64,000 nt of DNA from Verrucomicrobiota bacterium (GCA_016199985.1 JACQFQ010000065.1:39482-103481); one strand, 5' to 3'. Positions 18,942-28,911 are shown, counted from the first letter of the stretch. Notes: a model not told the origin generated them from the letters alone. Numbers and translations: made by a program.

Positions 18942-19727
18942 GTGCAGACGAGCGAAGACGCGACATGGCAAGACGTGAGGCAGGATCCGACGGGGTTTCC
19001 CCCGCTCGAATTGAAGAGCGCTCACGTCTGGCGCCTGGAAGTGTCGGCAACCCTGGGCTGGCTGAGGTCCGCCGATCAAATGCTGAACGCCGAGGAGCGT
19101 ATACGAGCCGACCGTTTCCATTTCGAGCAAGACAGGAGCCGGTTCGCCCTCTGTCGCGCGGCTTTGCGCCTTCTCCTGGGTCGCTACCTCGCCGCGGATC
19201 CCGGGTCCATCCGCTTTCAATACGAGGAACACGGCAAGCCCAGGCTATCGGATGACAACAGGCGGTCATCAGGGTCGCTGGAATTCAACGTGTCCCATTC
19301 GGGAGACCTGGCGCTGATGGCATTTGGCCGATCCGGACCTCTGGGTGTGGACGTCGAACGACTACGCGGGGAGATCGAGATGCAAGCCCTGGCTGAGCGG
19401 TTCTTCTCTCCACAGGAGGTGGCCGAGCTGAACGCCCTTCCGCCGGCGGAAAGGGCTGTCGGCTTTTTCAACTGCTGGACGCGCAAGGAGGCCTATGTGA
19501 AAGCGCGGGGACAGGGCCTGAGCTTGGGGCTCGATTCGTTCGCCGTCACCCTCAGGCCGGGGGTCGCTCCGGCGCTCGCGTGGTCGAGGCAAGGATCCGG
19601 GGAGACGTCATCGTGGCGGCTCTGGGATCTCCCGACGCCCGCTGGATACCGCGCGTCCCTGGCCTCCCCGGCCGAGGTCCAGGCCCTACGCCTGTTTTCG
19701 TTCGCTCCCGATGGCCGCTTGTCATGA
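18942..19727 (+). CDS. Sfp-type 4'-phosphopantetheinyl transferase
   Basis: GTG start. ERIRADRFHFEQDRSRF, GKPRL, FNVSHSGDLALMAF, GVDVE, FFNCWTRKEAYVKARG (W/KEA motif). Confidence 0.85.
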   Translation: MQTSEDATWQDVRQDPTGFPPLELKSAHVWRLEVSATLGWLRSADQMLNAEERIRADRFHFEQDRSRFALCRAALRLLLGRYLAADPGSIRFQYEEHGKPRLSDDNRRSSGSLEFNVSHSGDLALMAFGRSGPLGVDVERLRGEIEMQALAERFFSPQEVAELNALPPAERAVGFFNCWTRKEAYVKARGQGLSLGLDSFAVTLRPGVAPALAWSRQGSGETSSWRLWDLPTPAGYRASLASPAEVQALRLFSFAPDGRLS

Positions 19728-19756
19728 GTCGCGTCTCTCTTCCACACTGACCGCGT

Positions 19757-20908
19757 ATGGTGAATGCTGTTACGGGCGCCCGCTGCTGGGTGGAAGTGGA
19801 TCTCGACGCGCTGCGGACCAACCTCGCGTGGATCAAGCATCGCGTGGGCCCCGGGGTCCGCGTGATCACGGTGGTGAAGGCCGACGCCTATGGACACGGA
19901 CTCAAGTCGATCGCCGCGCTGTTGATGCAAAGCGGCACGGATCTGTTCGGCGTTGCGACGCTCGCCGAAGACGCCGCGATCCGCTCGGTCGGCCAGGGCT
20001 GGCCCGTGTTGATGCTGGGCGCCGCGCTGCCGGACGAGTTGGAGTCCGCGATCAAGGACGGCGTGATGCTGACGATTTCCAGCGCCGAGGAGCTGACGCG
20101 CATCGCGACACTCGCCGCCAGCTTGAAGCGAACGGCGGCCGTGCACCTCAAGATCGACACGGGGATGGGACGCCTGGGCGCCAGCCCTGACGAAGCGGGA
20201 AAGCTGGCGCGCATGGTTCGCTCCGCCGGGAACCTGTCTCTCGCCGGCCTCTACACCCACTACGCCAACGTGGAGGAGGAGGCGGCCTACACAAGGAATC
20301 AACGCGAGACATTCCGTCGTTCCCGGGAGCTCGTGAAAGCGGAGGGCGGCGATCCGGAATGGATCCACTGCGCCAACAGCGGCGGTGTGCTGCTCGAACT
20401 GCCCGACGGGTGCAACGCGGTCCGCCCTGGGCTCCTCGTTTACGGGATCATACCGCCCGGCAGCCGGCTCGGCGGCCGCATCGCCGCGCAGAGCTTCGTT
20501 CCCGCGCTCTCGTGGAAGGCCCGAGTGAGCTTCGTGAAGGAGATTCGCGCCGGCGCCCGGCTGAGCTACGGCGGCGCGTTCACCGCGCCCAAGAAGATGC
20601 GCGTGGCGACCGTGAGCGCCGGCTACGGCGACGGCTTCCTGCGCGCCGCGAGCAATCGCGGAGAAGTGCTCATCCAGGGCAGGCACTGCCCCATCCTCGG
20701 CCGCGTGACGATGGATCAGATGATGGTGGACGTCACCCGCCTGGCCTCCGTGATTCCAGGCGAGGAAGTCGTGATGCTGGGGAATCAAGGCGCCGCCTCG
20801 TTGCGAGCCGAGGATCTGGCGACATGGATGGGCACGATTCCATGGGAGGTCCTGACGGGAATCACGTACCGGGTTCCGCGGATTTATAGAGGGAGTCAGG
20901 CCGCCTGA
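19757..20908 (+). CDS. alr: Alanine racemase
   Basis: WVEVDLDALRTNL...ITVVKADAYGHG (PLP-Lys motif), ...YGGAF..., GRVTMDQMMVDV. Confidence 0.93.
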   Translation: MVNAVTGARCWVEVDLDALRTNLAWIKHRVGPGVRVITVVKADAYGHGLKSIAALLMQSGTDLFGVATLAEDAAIRSVGQGWPVLMLGAALPDELESAIKDGVMLTISSAEELTRIATLAASLKRTAAVHLKIDTGMGRLGASPDEAGKLARMVRSAGNLSLAGLYTHYANVEEEAAYTRNQRETFRRSRELVKAEGGDPEWIHCANSGGVLLELPDGCNAVRPGLLVYGIIPPGSRLGGRIAAQSFVPALSWKARVSFVKEIRAGARLSYGGAFTAPKKMRVATVSAGYGDGFLRAASNRGEVLIQGRHCPILGRVTMDQMMVDVTRLASVIPGEEVVMLGNQGAASLRAEDLATWMGTIPWEVLTGITYRVPRIYRGSQAA

Positions 20909-20967
20909 TGTCGCGAAAGATTTTACTGGTTCCGATGGGGCCGCGGAGATATCAACACGCTACGCTC

Positions 20968-21342
20968 ATGAAATCATTGCGATCTCTATTGATCATTTCG
21001 GCCGCGGTCGCGCTCGCTGCAGGATGCAAGACCAAGCACTCGTCGCCGCCGGGCGCGAAGGACGCGACGGCCGCGACGAACGCGCCCCCCGTCGCCAGCG
21101 CCCACCAGGTCACGCCCGGATCTGAAATCCGCGGAGAAATCAGCCGCGTGAACGCCGCGGCGCGCTTCGTGGTTCTGGGATTCCCGGTCGGCGTCATGCC
21201 GTCCAAGGGCTCAGTGCTGGGGGTTTTTCGGCAGGGCGTGAAGGTCGGGGAGATCATGGTTTCCGGTCCTCAGCGCGACACTTTCACGGTGGCCGACATT
21301 CTGAAGGGAGAGTGTCGCGTGGGGGATGAAACGCATCCCTGA
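20968..21342 (+). CDS. Small lipoprotein, function unknown
   Basis: An internal ATG at 20968 gives MKSLRSLLIISAAVALAAGC with lipobox LAAGC. The track ORF starts at 20908, overlapping the alr stop. Confidence 0.6.
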   Translation: MKSLRSLLIISAAVALAAGCKTKHSSPPGAKDATAATNAPPVASAHQVTPGSEIRGEISRVNAAARFVVLGFPVGVMPSKGSVLGVFRQGVKVGEIMVSGPQRDTFTVADILKGECRVGDETHP

Positions 21343-21452
21343 CGCGCCCCCGGATATCGCGGAGCGGCGGGCTGAAGAATTCTGATTGACCCAGGGAGCC
21401 CGGCTGTGACGTGATGATGATTCAATTTCCTCTGACTTTTTGGGATTAAGAA

Positions 21453-24400
21453 ATGGCGAAGGTGTCGAGCAAGAACGGACGTTCCTCACGGTACTCCTCC
21501 AGCACGAAGTACGACGCGCACCACACGGTGCTGTCGAAGACTTACGGCGCGCTGGCGGACCTCAGGCGAGAGCTCGCCGAGCCGAAGTCGCGGGTATCGG
21601 AGCGTGAAGAATTGTTAAAGCTGCTGGCGGATTGCGCGGATTCGCAACGCGCCTGGCTGCTGCTGGAGGACTATTTCGAGCGGCTCTCGCTCTCTCGAAA
21701 GGATTTCGGCGGGCAGGAGTGGTGGGCGCGCATTATGTCGGCCCGCGGCCGCGAGCGGATCGAGGAGGTCGCGATGCTTTTCCTCCGCGCCCAGCGTTCC
21801 CTGCCGACCGAGCTGCAGCCCTTCGCCAACGCGGCGAGGTTCGCGGAGATTGAACAGGCCGAAGCCGAGCACCGCAGCCTCCAGGCCCTTGAGCATTGGA
21901 TGTTCCCTCCCACTCCCACCCATCTCGACTCGCCGCGCGCCAGCATCAAGGTCCTCTGCGAGATCGTCCCGATGCCGGAGAGCCCCACGCTGCACCGCCT
22001 CGACGTTCGCATCAGCCTCAACCGGCCGCGCACCGGGGAGAAGGTGCGATCGATCGCCGAGATCGTGGATCTGCAGACCCGCGCGGCCCACGAACAGGAG
22101 CTGTTTCCCCCCATGGATTGGGATTTCATCCAGTGGGTGACGGCTTTGCACAAAGAGGACCCTCCCGAGTCCGAAGTCCTGTCCCTCACCGGAATGGAGC
22201 TCCTGCGCTGGCTCTGTCGATGGGGAGCGCAGGGTCGGCTCGAGATGTCCAAGAAGCCGCTGCTGTTTGAGGGACAGGTCCTCGGGTTGAACCCGGAGCT
22301 CACGCCGGCGAAGGGCGGATTGGAGTTCACCCACCGGGTCCAGATCGCCCAGGGCGAGCAGAAGAGCTTGTCCGATGTTCGGTTTTTCGCCGGCGAGCCG
22401 GTCATGGCGCTCGTCGATAACCGCGTCTACGTCGTTCGAAACTCGCCTCCCCCGGCGCTGATTGAGTTCTGGGGACGCACTCCGTCGGTCCCCGTCGGCA
22501 AGTTGAGCACCCGGATGCGCTCGCAGCTGCGACGCAGCTTTAGCGGCGCGGGCTCGAGTTGGGATTCCTTGTGCGTCACGCACACAGCGACCGCGCAATT
22601 CGTGTTCGAGCTCGCCGAGGACACCGTTCGCCTTCGCCTGCTCGCGCGGACGGATCGCGCCAAGACCGTCTGGCACTGGACGGGCCAGGAATGGCAGCTG
22701 GATCAGCCCCACGCCGCGACGTCGGACAAGGCCGAGGTATTGGAGGATCCCCGGCTGGACGAAGCGGTCGCGTGGCTGCGCCGACTCGATTGGTTCACGC
22801 CGGAGCCCGGCGTCTGGGTCGGCGACGCGAATGAAAACTTTTTGGGAGTGCTGGCCACCGTCTGGCCATTCAAGCCCGCGTCCGCCGAGTTTCTCGCCAA
22901 TCAGGCTTTCCAACGCCTCTTCATGTCCCCGCGACAGCTGCGTCCCACCTTGATCGTCAAGGGCAGCGGCATCGACTGGTTCACGGTCTCCGCCGAGTGG
23001 GAGCAGGAGGGCATGCGCCTCACGCCCGCGGATCTGCAGCGCCTGCAGAGCGCGACAGGACGCTTCGTCAAGCTGCCCGACGCCGGATGGGTCGAGCTCG
23101 ACACCCGCGCGGTGGCCACGGCGCACGAGGCCATGGCGGACCTCGGACTGGAGACGCTCAGCGCCCAGCCGCAGAAGGTCGGCATGGAGCAGGCGGCGCA
23201 TCTGGACGAGGAGGCCTTCAAGCGCTTTGCCGACACAGGCGAGGCCAAGACGCTCCGATCCAAGCTCGCCGACTTCGAGGGAATTCCCAAGGTGGCGGTG
23301 CCCAAGCAGGTCGACGCCGAGCTGCGACCTTATCAGCACGAGGGCTTCGCCTTCCTTTGCCACCTCACCCAGCTCAAGCTGGGCGGGATCCTGGCCGACG
23401 ACATGGGTCTGGGGAAAACCCTGCAGACCCTCACCTGGCTGGCCTGGCTGCGTGAGAAAAACATCAAGCATCCCAAGCCCGCGCTGGTGATCTGCCCCGC
23501 GTCGGTCCTGCACAACTGGCGTCGGGAGGCGAATCGATTCGCGCCGCAGCTTCGGGTGCTCGTCCTGGAGAGCGGCTCCGCCCGCCACAACCTGCGGAAG
23601 CAAATCCCCCAGCACGACCTGATTGTCACGAACTACTCGCTGCTGCGACGCGACCTCGAAGCGCTCCAAAAATTCCCGTTTGGGGCGCTGATTCTCGACG
23701 AGGCCCAGTTCATCAAGAATCCGACGGCCCAGGTCACGCAATCCGTGAAACAGCTCAAGGCCGACCAGCGGATAGCCCTCACCGGCACCCCGCTCGAGAA
23801 CCGACTGCTGGATCTGTGGAGCATCGCTGATTTCATCCAGCCCGGATACCTGGGAAATCAGGAGCATTTCGCCCAGACCTACGACCCTCGCGGAGAGGGC
23901 GAGGAGGGCGAGATCGCGCAACGCGTCGCGCGGCGCCGCCTGTCGGCCAAGCTGCGTCCGCTCATGCTCCGCCGCTTGAAGCGGCAGGTCGCAAAGGACC
24001 TGCCCGAACGCATCGAGGTCCGGCGCGACTGCGAGCTGGGCGAAGAGCAGCGCAAGCTGTATCTGGCCGAACTGCGCCGCAGCCGGGAGCAGATCATGCA
24101 GGCGGTCGCCGAGAAGGGCCTCATGAAGAGCAAGATTCATGTGCTCGCCGCGCTCACCCGGCTCCGACAAATCTGCTGCCATCCGCGCCTCGTGGGCAGC
24201 GACACCGCCTCGGGGAAGACCGAGACGCTCATGGAGCTTCTCGAGCCCTTGCTGGAGGAAGGCCAGAAGGTTCTCGTCTTCAGCCAATTCGTCCAGATGC
24301 TGCGGCTGATGGAAGGCGAGTGCGCCGCGAGGCAGATTCCAACGCACATTCTCACCGGCGAATCGAAGGAACGTCAGGAGATCGTGCAGTCATTCCAGAA

Positions 24401-24719
24401 CGACCCGCGCTCCGGAGTGTTTCTCCTCAGCTTGCGGGCCGCGGGCACGGGCTTGAATCTCACGACGGCGAGCTATGTGATTCTGTACGATCCGTGGTGG
24501 AATCCCGCGGTCGAAGCGCAGGCGATCGATCGCTCCCACCGAATCGGCCAGACGCGCACCGTCCACGCCTATCGGCTCATCGCCCCTGGCACCGTCGAGG
24601 AGAAGATCTGGGAACTGCAGCAGCGCAAAGCGAGAACCATCTCGGATGTTCTCGGCGAAGAAGGCTTCGCCCGGAGCCTGTCCAAGGACGACCTCGAATA
24701 CCTGTTTTCCGAAGACTGA
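21453..24719 (+). CDS. SNF2-family DEAD/H helicase with a ~620-aa N-terminal extension
   Basis: LRPYQHEGFAFL, ILADDMGLGKTLQT (motif I), LILDEAQFIKN (motif II), LTGTPLENRL, VLVFSQF, LSLRAAGTGLNLTTASYVILYDPWWNPAVEAQAIDRSHRIGQ (helicase C). Confidence 0.9.
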   Translation: MAKVSSKNGRSSRYSSSTKYDAHHTVLSKTYGALADLRRELAEPKSRVSEREELLKLLADCADSQRAWLLLEDYFERLSLSRKDFGGQEWWARIMSARGRERIEEVAMLFLRAQRSLPTELQPFANAARFAEIEQAEAEHRSLQALEHWMFPPTPTHLDSPRASIKVLCEIVPMPESPTLHRLDVRISLNRPRTGEKVRSIAEIVDLQTRAAHEQELFPPMDWDFIQWVTALHKEDPPESEVLSLTGMELLRWLCRWGAQGRLEMSKKPLLFEGQVLGLNPELTPAKGGLEFTHRVQIAQGEQKSLSDVRFFAGEPVMALVDNRVYVVRNSPPPALIEFWGRTPSVPVGKLSTRMRSQLRRSFSGAGSSWDSLCVTHTATAQFVFELAEDTVRLRLLARTDRAKTVWHWTGQEWQLDQPHAATSDKAEVLEDPRLDEAVAWLRRLDWFTPEPGVWVGDANENFLGVLATVWPFKPASAEFLANQAFQRLFMSPRQLRPTLIVKGSGIDWFTVSAEWEQEGMRLTPADLQRLQSATGRFVKLPDAGWVELDTRAVATAHEAMADLGLETLSAQPQKVGMEQAAHLDEEAFKRFADTGEAKTLRSKLADFEGIPKVAVPKQVDAELRPYQHEGFAFLCHLTQLKLGGILADDMGLGKTLQTLTWLAWLREKNIKHPKPALVICPASVLHNWRREANRFAPQLRVLVLESGSARHNLRKQIPQHDLIVTNYSLLRRDLEALQKFPFGALILDEAQFIKNPTAQVTQSVKQLKADQRIALTGTPLENRLLDLWSIADFIQPGYLGNQEHFAQTYDPRGEGEEGEIAQRVARRRLSAKLRPLMLRRLKRQVAKDLPERIEVRRDCELGEEQRKLYLAELRRSREQIMQAVAEKGLMKSKIHVLAALTRLRQICCHPRLVGSDTASGKTETLMELLEPLLEEGQKVLVFSQFVQMLRLMEGECAARQIPTHILTGESKERQEIVQSFQNDPRSGVFLLSLRAAGTGLNLTTASYVILYDPWWNPAVEAQAIDRSHRIGQTRTVHAYRLIAPGTVEEKIWELQQRKARTISDVLGEEGFARSLSKDDLEYLFSED

Positions 24720-24863
24720 CGATCCGACGCCGACGACGAAAATCCCTTGTGCCTTGATCCCGGAGGGCATCCCTCGAGTTTGGGGATTGCACAGAGCTGC
24801 TCCATCGCTCCTTTGTCGGAAAACCGCGTCGCAAGTTTTGTCGACAGGACTATCCGATCGCGA

Positions 24864-25478
24864 TCATCGTGTAGCATTGTTCGCCGTCATTCGCAGAATT
24901 GCTCGGTAAGCATCAATTATTTGCCGAGTCTCTTCCTCAGCATCTAGCTTGGTGTTGTCATCCGCAGACCTCATTTTATCGGGATGGTAACGTTTCAACA
25001 GCTCTCTGTAGCGGCGTTTCACGTCAGCAGTTGATGCGTAAGGCTCAAGTCCAAGAGTGAGATAGTATTGAGCCTCGGGAGGTAGCTCGCCATCTGTAGC
25101 TTCCTGACTGCGTGTAGAAGATTCCGGTTCGACGATAAGATCAACGCCACGGCTCCTTAACCAATTCTGAATTTCCTCCCGAAGGCTTGTAGACATCAAA
25201 AGCCACCCAGATCGCGCCAGCCAAATTATTCCCTCGAGATCACGCAGCTGCGGGATAATGCGCACAGAGTTGATCTGAGGGAGATCACGAACCAGCTGCG
25301 CGAAGCTTATCTTGTGCTTTTGACTATAAAGTTGGGCGAGGATCACACTGGCGCCGTGCACATCCAACGTCAGTATTCTGAACGCTTTCCCTAGATATCC
25401 GAAGGCAACAAGAGATAACCGAGGCCCGCTAATCAGCAGATCTACGATGAGCATTGTGAGGGAGGCGTGTGTGGCCAC
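24864..25478 (-). CDS. J-domain protein (J-domain at the C-terminus; N-terminal ~115 aa unknown)
   Basis: YYLTLGLEPYASTADVKRRYRELLKRYHPDKM... with an intact HPD tripeptide. The gene lies in a low-GC patch. The start is uncertain: GTG at 25478 or ATG at 25454. Confidence 0.75.
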   Translation of the reverse strand: MATHASLTMLIVDLLISGPRLSLVAFGYLGKAFRILTLDVHGASVILAQLYSQKHKISFAQLVRDLPQINSVRIIPQLRDLEGIIWLARSGWLLMSTSLREEIQNWLRSRGVDLIVEPESSTRSQEATDGELPPEAQYYLTLGLEPYASTADVKRRYRELLKRYHPDKMRSADDNTKLDAEEETRQIIDAYRAILRMTANNATR

Positions 25479-25561
25479 GCATTACCTGGATCTCATTCCA
25501 CACGCCGAAAACCGCTCCCCGCCGCCTGTGCCTGATCTTCTCCACGTGCTGTGATTGCCTA

Positions 25562-26323
25562 TCACTCTCTCCCACTGAGGCGACGATGAGAATTGCTGCC
25601 TGCTCTTGAGGCCACGCTCTGGAATTGCATCATCAATCTGCGACCGACGCGAATGTTCTGCTCAACACCGATCCCTTCCACATAGCACCGGCCAAGATTC
25701 CACCCCGCCAAGCGATCCCCGGCATCGTAGGCCGCTTGATACAGCTTAAAGGCTTTCGTGCGGTTTCGCCGTGTACCGAGCGCGTTCTCGTACGCGACGG
25801 CCAAATTGCATAGTGCATTTGCATCAGAATAGTCGGCAGCCTTCCTCCACCAGAAGACGGCTAGTTTTGGATCGGACTCCACACCTTTACCCTCATGAAA
25901 GCACTGCGCCAAGTTAAACATCGCAGTCACATTCTTCTTATTTGCTGCGGCTAGATAAAACTTGAATGCTGTCGCTGGACTCCTTCTCGCACATCCAATT
26001 CCATACTCACTTGCGTATCCCATCCAACAAAGGGCTTGGGAATGTCCCTGCTTGGCTGCGCGCGAATACCATCTCCGTGCGAGCTTCAGATCCTTCTTAA
26101 CTCCAAAACCCGTGAAGTAGGCATGCCCCATGAATGCTGCTGCGTGAGGCGATCCTCGTGCGAGGCAAATCTGGGCAGCGATCAAAGCATGTCGTGCACC
26201 TTGAATTTTCGCAGGGTTCTGGACGCATTCATCAAAGAGCCGCTCCAACCTCGGAGTAGGAAAGTTCCGGATCGCTTCGATAGTTAGAGAATCCAATTGG
26301 GAGCTATTCATGACTGAGATCAC
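25562..26323 (-). CDS. Sel1-like (SLR/TPR-type) repeat protein
   Basis: About 5 tandem Sel1 units: A..W..KAA.QG...A...LG..Y..G.GV..D (for example ARRWYSRAAKQGHSQALCWMGYASEYGIG; AVFWWRKAADYSDANALCNLAVAYENALG). The track start at 26323 is GTG; ATG at 26311 (MNSSQLD) is equally plausible. Confidence 0.85.
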   Translation of the reverse strand: MISVMNSSQLDSLTIEAIRNFPTPRLERLFDECVQNPAKIQGARHALIAAQICLARGSPHAAAFMGHAYFTGFGVKKDLKLARRWYSRAAKQGHSQALCWMGYASEYGIGCARRSPATAFKFYLAAANKKNVTAMFNLAQCFHEGKGVESDPKLAVFWWRKAADYSDANALCNLAVAYENALGTRRNRTKAFKLYQAAYDAGDRLAGWNLGRCYVEGIGVEQNIRVGRRLMMQFQSVASRAGSNSHRRLSGRE

Positions 26324-26635
26324 TTGCAGCGATCCGGATTGGGAAACTTAGGCTTAGACGGCGGAGGTTCTTGTGCCTGCTTAGGAGCCCTTTTAGGCTT
26401 TGGAACAGAATTGGGCGGTCTGCTCCCAGTGAACCGCCGCGGGCACAGGGAGAGACTCGCCCTGATACGGAAGCTGGCACGCACAGGAATCCTTTGCTTC
26501 CGCGCGAACTCCTCCAACTGTGCGAGACTGAAACCGTACGACGATCAGAGCATCGTTATTTGGAAGCCCTTTACGATGCCAGATTGGAAGGATTTCCGAA
26601 ACCGTTGCGGCCACACTTCGGCCCATTATCGATGC

Positions 26636-26671
26636 CAAAAAAATGAGGGGCGCCTTTTGGGGGCGCCCCTC
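26636..26671 (-). terminator. Rho-independent terminator of pnp
   Basis: Perfect 10-bp GC stem GAGGGGCGCC / GGCGCCCCTC (26645-26654 / 26662-26671), 30 nt past the pnp stop. On the minus strand it is followed by a T7 run (plus-strand A-run 26636-26643). Confidence 0.7.
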
Positions 26672-26701
26672 GCGTTCAATCGAACTCAGGGCGAGCCAGC
26701 C

Positions 26702-28840
26702 CTAGGCCTTCTCGGCGATCTCTTTTTCGCGGTCGGCCATGGCGGCTTTGCGGGAGAGGCGGACGCGGCCCTTTTCATCGACGCCCAGGCACTTCACCCA
26801 GATTTCGTCGCCCATCTTCACGATGTCTTCGGTCTGCTTGACGCGGAAGTTCGCAAGCTCGCTGATGTGGCACAGGCCGTCCTTGCCCGGGAGGAACTCA
26901 ACGAAGCAGCCAAATTCCTTGATCGTGACCACCTTGCCCCGATAGACCCTGTTGATCTCCGCCTCGGCGGTCATCCCGCCGATCGCTTCGCGCGCGATCT
27001 TCATGCCTTCCGCGGACGTTGAGTAGATGTTCACCGTGCCGTCGTCCTCGATGTTAATCTCGCAGCCGGACTCGTCGACGATGCGCTTGATGTTCTTGCC
27101 GCCGGGCCCGATCAACGCGCCGATCTTCTCGGGGTTGATCTTGATGGTTTCGATGCGCGGGGCGTACTTGCTCAACTCGGCGCGCGGAGCCGAAATCACT
27201 TCGCTCATGGCCTTCAGGATCACTTCCCGGGCGTCTTTGGCGCGCGCGATCGTTTCCTTCATGATGGCCTGGGGCAAACCTCGCAGCTTGAGGTCCAGCT
27301 GGAATCCGGTGATTCCGTTCGCTGTGCCGGCGATCTTGCAGTCCATGTCGCAGAACGCGTCCTCCCACCCGATGATGTCGGTGAGAAGCTCATACTTGGT
27401 GATGGCGTCCTCCTTGTCGTGTTCAGTGCAGATGCCGATGCTGATGCCCGCCACGGGGCGGATGAGCGGGACGCCGGCGTCCATAAGGGCCAGGGTGCCG
27501 CCGCAGACGCTCGCCATGGAGGTGGAGCCGTTGGACTCCATGATCTCGCTGGTGATGCGAATGGCGTAGGGGTAGGTGCTCAAGGGCAGCATGGGCTCGA
27601 TCGATCGCTCCGCGAGAGCGCCGTGGCCGATCTCCCGGCGGCCGGGGCCGCTGATGCGTCCGGTTTCGCCCACGGAGAAGTTGGGGAAGTTGTAGTGAAG
27701 GATGAACTTTTTCTCGTTCGCTCCGCCGGTGTAGGAGTCGAATTCCTGCGCGTCCTCGGTGGTGCCCAGGGTGACCAAGGAGACCGCCTGCGTCTCGCCG
27801 CGACAGAACAGCGCGGAGCCATGGGCGCGGGGCAGCATGCCGACTTCGCCGCTCAGCGCGCGAATCTGCGTGGAGGTTCGTCCATCGAGGCGCTTGCCTT
27901 GGTTCAGAATCAGGCTGCGAACATTCTCTTTCTGGATGTGGTAAAAGGCTTCCTTGACGACCATGGCCGTGACCTTTTCCGCGCCGTACTTCTCGACAAG
28001 TTTGACGCCCACTTCGTCCGCAATGGCCTTGCACGCCGCCTCGCGGGCCAGCTTGCCCGGGGTCAAGAGGGCCGGGATCATCCGCTCGCCCGCCAGCGCT
28101 TTCGCGTCGTTGAGAATCTCATCGGGGACAAGCGAAAGCTCAATCGTGCGCTTGGGCTTCCCGACCTTGGCCGCGAGCTGCTGCTGCGCCTTGATCAGGG
28201 GAACGCAGGCCTCCTGGGCGGCGACCAACGCGCCGTTGAAATCGTCCTCGGTGATCTCCTTGGCGGAGCCTTCGAACATCACCACATCGCCGCTGGCGTT
28301 GCCGACGTAAATGAGGTCGAGATCGCTCTTTTTCCGCTCCTCGTGCGTGGGGTTGACCACGAACTGGCCGTCGACGCGGCCGAGGCGAACGGCGCCCAGA
28401 GGGCCGTCCCAGGGGATGTCGCTGACTGTGAGAGCGGCGGAAGCGCCGATGATGCTGAGAATGTCAGGATCGTTCTCGCCGTCCGCGCTCAGCAGAACGC
28501 TCTGGACCTGAACTTCGTTAAACCAGCCCTTCGGGAAGAGAGGACGGATGGGTCGGTCGGTGAGTCGGCAGGTGAGGATTTCCTTTTCCGTGGGGCGGCC
28601 CTCGCGTTTGAAGTATCCGCCGGGAAATCGTCCTGCTGCCGCGGCTTTCTCGCGGTAATCGACGGTGAGAGGGAAGAACTCCTGGCCGGGCTTGGCCTTC
28701 GTGGCCGCGACAGCGGCGACGAGGACGATGGTTTCGCCTAATCGGATGGTGACAGACCCGTCGGCCTGCTTGGCCAGCTTGCCTGTTTCGATTGTGACTT
28801 CTTTGTCGCCCGTTTGGGCAGTGATGGTGATATGGTTCAT
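26702..28840 (-). CDS. pnp: Polyribonucleotide nucleotidyltransferase (PNPase)
   Basis: 712 aa. N-terminus ...[13 protein letters not shown], two RNase PH-like halves, KH ([11 protein letters not shown]) and S1 ([27 protein letters not shown]) domains. Confidence 0.97.
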   Translation of the reverse strand: MNHITITAQTGDKEVTIETGKLAKQADGSVTIRLGETIVLVAAVAATKAKPGQEFFPLTVDYREKAAAAGRFPGGYFKREGRPTEKEILTCRLTDRPIRPLFPKGWFNEVQVQSVLLSADGENDPDILSIIGASAALTVSDIPWDGPLGAVRLGRVDGQFVVNPTHEERKKSDLDLIYVGNASGDVVMFEGSAKEITEDDFNGALVAAQEACVPLIKAQQQLAAKVGKPKRTIELSLVPDEILNDAKALAGERMIPALLTPGKLAREAACKAIADEVGVKLVEKYGAEKVTAMVVKEAFYHIQKENVRSLILNQGKRLDGRTSTQIRALSGEVGMLPRAHGSALFCRGETQAVSLVTLGTTEDAQEFDSYTGGANEKKFILHYNFPNFSVGETGRISGPGRREIGHGALAERSIEPMLPLSTYPYAIRITSEIMESNGSTSMASVCGGTLALMDAGVPLIRPVAGISIGICTEHDKEDAITKYELLTDIIGWEDAFCDMDCKIAGTANGITGFQLDLKLRGLPQAIMKETIARAKDAREVILKAMSEVISAPRAELSKYAPRIETIKINPEKIGALIGPGGKNIKRIVDESGCEINIEDDGTVNIYSTSAEGMKIAREAIGGMTAEAEINRVYRGKVVTIKEFGCFVEFLPGKDGLCHISELANFRVKQTEDIVKMGDEIWVKCLGVDEKGRVRLSRKAAMADREKEIAEKA

Positions 28841-28869
28841 GGGTGTTCAACCCATCGGCTTGGAGAAAC

Positions 28870-28911
28870 TTCACTGAAAACCCGCTCGCCGTGAAGAAGG
28901 TGGTCAGTGAA
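28870..28911 (-). promoter_or_regulatory. Stem-loop in the rpsO-pnp intergenic leader (candidate pnp 5' UTR processing/autoregulation hairpin)
   Basis: 8-bp stem TTCACTGA / TCAGTGAA (28870-28877 / 28904-28911), 30-70 nt upstream of the pnp ATG within a 301-nt spacer. The function is inferred by analogy only. Confidence 0.3.

Noticed and set aside
26324-27022. 232-aa plus-strand ORF
   Set aside because: Its 3' half is antisense to pnp and its 5' half has no motifs. The region is better explained by minus-strand small ORFs and the pnp terminator.
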